64,000 nucleotides of DNA, from the NCBI GenBank assembly GCA_038087875.1, contig CM075998.1:5642001-5706000 (forward strand), written 5' to 3'. Positions within the stretch are counted from its first letter, which is position 1, and every line of letters begins with the position of its first letter. Position numbers and translations under genes: made by a program. The stretch comes from Malacoraja senta (Eukaryota). This document shows positions 62,181 through 64,000 of the stretch, piece by piece. The notes under the pieces were generated by a model that worked only from the letters and a program-made list of their open reading frames with translations, had not been told where the DNA came from and made no database searches.

Positions 62181-63030
62181 AGTGTAGTATATAGTATGTG
62201 TGGTATATTTGCCAATCAAGTCCTCTTCAAAGCCCATCACAATAGTGTTTGAATTTCTGTGAAAAATGTTCTCTTTTTTTCATCTTATATTCATAAGATT
62301 GATATGACAGAAACAGCCCACCAACGTACTACCACAAAGTGGGTTATGCCTGCAGATCCCAGGCAGCACATTCCTAATCTTACCAAGGAAAAATAAACAA
62401 AGAAAGGCAAGCTGGAGTTGGTCCTCAAAGAGGGGGAAAAAGTAAATCAAGAATAAAGGATCCCACATTGGAGAGTTAAACATAAGATTTTAAACCCAGA
62501 AGAGACCAACCAATAACTTGTCTTTTAAGAATTATCCAATTATCCGTCTTTATTTTCTTGCTTCTGAGCAGTTTTAAAAAAATCTCCTTCGGACTACAAC
62601 ACCTCAGAAAGCAAGATTCATAGTTACCATATAAGCTCACCGTTAATTCAGTGATTCCAGCATCCTATATTTGCTGAAAACACAAAAGGAGGAAAGAAGT
62701 GGTAGGAGAGTGATAATTAGACATGGCTTACATGACATGGTCACGGCAGCAATAGCGCAGAATCTACACAATATATAGCAGCTATTAAATATAACATAAA
62801 GCAAGTTCTTCCAACTTGAAGATTTCAAGGTTTATAAAGCTACTATGGTGAAACACTGGTTGTTGGAGGACTAAATTTAAAAATACAAAGGTATTGGGTG
62901 AATTATTAAAAATGTTAATCAAAATCACATTGCAAATTAGTTTTGACGAAGGATCTACATCCAAAATATGACGTCAATTCTCTTTGCAGGTATTTACATA
63001 GGCTAAATTTCTATCCATTTTTATTTGATA

Positions 63031-63986
63031 CTAGACTAAGTGGGACGCGTTGGGTCCCTGTCACACAGGAGGCTTGGTCCCCCAACGCAATATTCCACCA
63101 CTCACCTATAGCCCCCAACTGCACAGGCGCAGCTTATTTCCCTTCATTTTTCTCCCCCTCCTCTTCTTTCCCCTCTCCTCCTCCCCTATCCCTCTCACTC
63201 CTCTCTCCCTCTCCTTTCCCCTACCCTCAGTCACTCCCTCCATAGCTCCTCTCCCCTCCCTACCCCCATCCTATCCCTCTATCCCCCACCTCCCCCACTC
63301 CTCACCTTCCCCTACCCCCCCCCCACTATTCCTCCTCATCTCCCCCACTGCCCTCCTCTCCCTCTATTCCCCAGTCCCTACCTTCCCCACTCCCCTCCTC
63401 CTCTACTTCTCCCCTCCTCCCCCGCTCTCCATCCTCACCTCCTCCCTCTTCTTTTCCCTCTCCTCCTACTCTCCCTCACCTCTCCTTTCCCCTATCCTCA
63501 GTCACTCCCTCCATAACTCCTCTCCCCTCCTCACCCTCTATCCCCTCTCCTCCCCCACTCTCCCTCCCCAGGATCTCGAGGTTGCTGCTCCTCTCCCTTC
63601 TAGCGTGCCCCGGAGGTGCATCAGATTCACCGCTTTCCGTTTGGTGACATCTGGTTTCCAGTCCCTCCGAAAGTTGGTGACCTCCGGATGAGATGGCGCA
63701 GGAAGGGACGGACCATCCCGCGGAGCGACAGGAGAAGAGACTAATCCGCGCGGCGCTGACTGGCAGGAGAGGAGATCGATCTGCACACGCGCGGTTTTTA
63801 CGATTTTTAAACTTCACTAACTTTTACAATAGACCACCAATCGGAACGAAACTTGTTGCACTTGCGGCACAGGAGAACGGTGAGTGAGCTGGCGAAAAAT
63901 TGTAGCACTATTGCGTAAATTTTGTGCAAATAGAAAAACAGCGCAAACCGGAAGAGCACAAGATCAGAGCTTTACTTATGTGTAGA
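63031..63986 (-). mobile_element. Non-autonomous Helitron
   Basis: On minus: A|TCTACACATAAG... start; GGGAC-CCAACGC-GTCCC hairpin (63042-63058) ending 11 nt from the terminus; ...CTAG|T end; no TSD. Internal C/T-rich tract at ~63150-63570. Confidence 0.85.
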
Positions 63987-64000
63987 TGTAGTATGTAGTA

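Noticed and set aside
63050-63691. 213-aa Pro/Ser/Leu ORF
   Set aside because: Translation of the pyrimidine tract within the Helitron.

Overview
Eukaryotic, repeat-dense, apparently intronic or intergenic DNA from a cartilaginous fish, most likely a skate/ray (inferred from abundant HE1-type V-SINEs, HER1/CR1 LINE ends and an old DeuSINE). I found no recognisable host protein-coding exon, rRNA, true tRNA gene or CRISPR array. The longer ORFs that I could assign are TE remnants or artefacts of GC-rich/low-complexity repeats. The window is a layered transposon landscape: a decayed DIRS-type retroelement (1-2962) abutting, and probably inserted in, a well-preserved Tc1 DD34E element (to 5292); many Penelope-like (PLE) terminal units with minimal hammerhead-ribozyme-like cores; CR1, Rex1/Babar, RTE, RTE-X and Tx1 fragments; PIF/Harbinger MITEs; two ISL2EU-like elements; hAT-like elements; and a non-autonomous Helitron. 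Best candidates for undescribed biology: (1) an ORF-less, GC-rich 0.85-1 kb retroposon family (3586-4424 minus, 37181-38208 plus) with conserved motif blocks, a structurally conserved hairpin and Rex/Babar-like tails; (2) 95-160 bp hammerhead-bearing PLE mini-units flanked by their own TSDs; (3) a DIRS with a heavily decayed pol that appears to have moved recently; (4) an AT-TSD DNA transposon carrying outward-facing SINE heads; (5) a Pack-like hAT carrying older genomic DNA. Family names come from motif recognition by eye, with no database search, and many boundaries are approximate (+/-10-30 bp).
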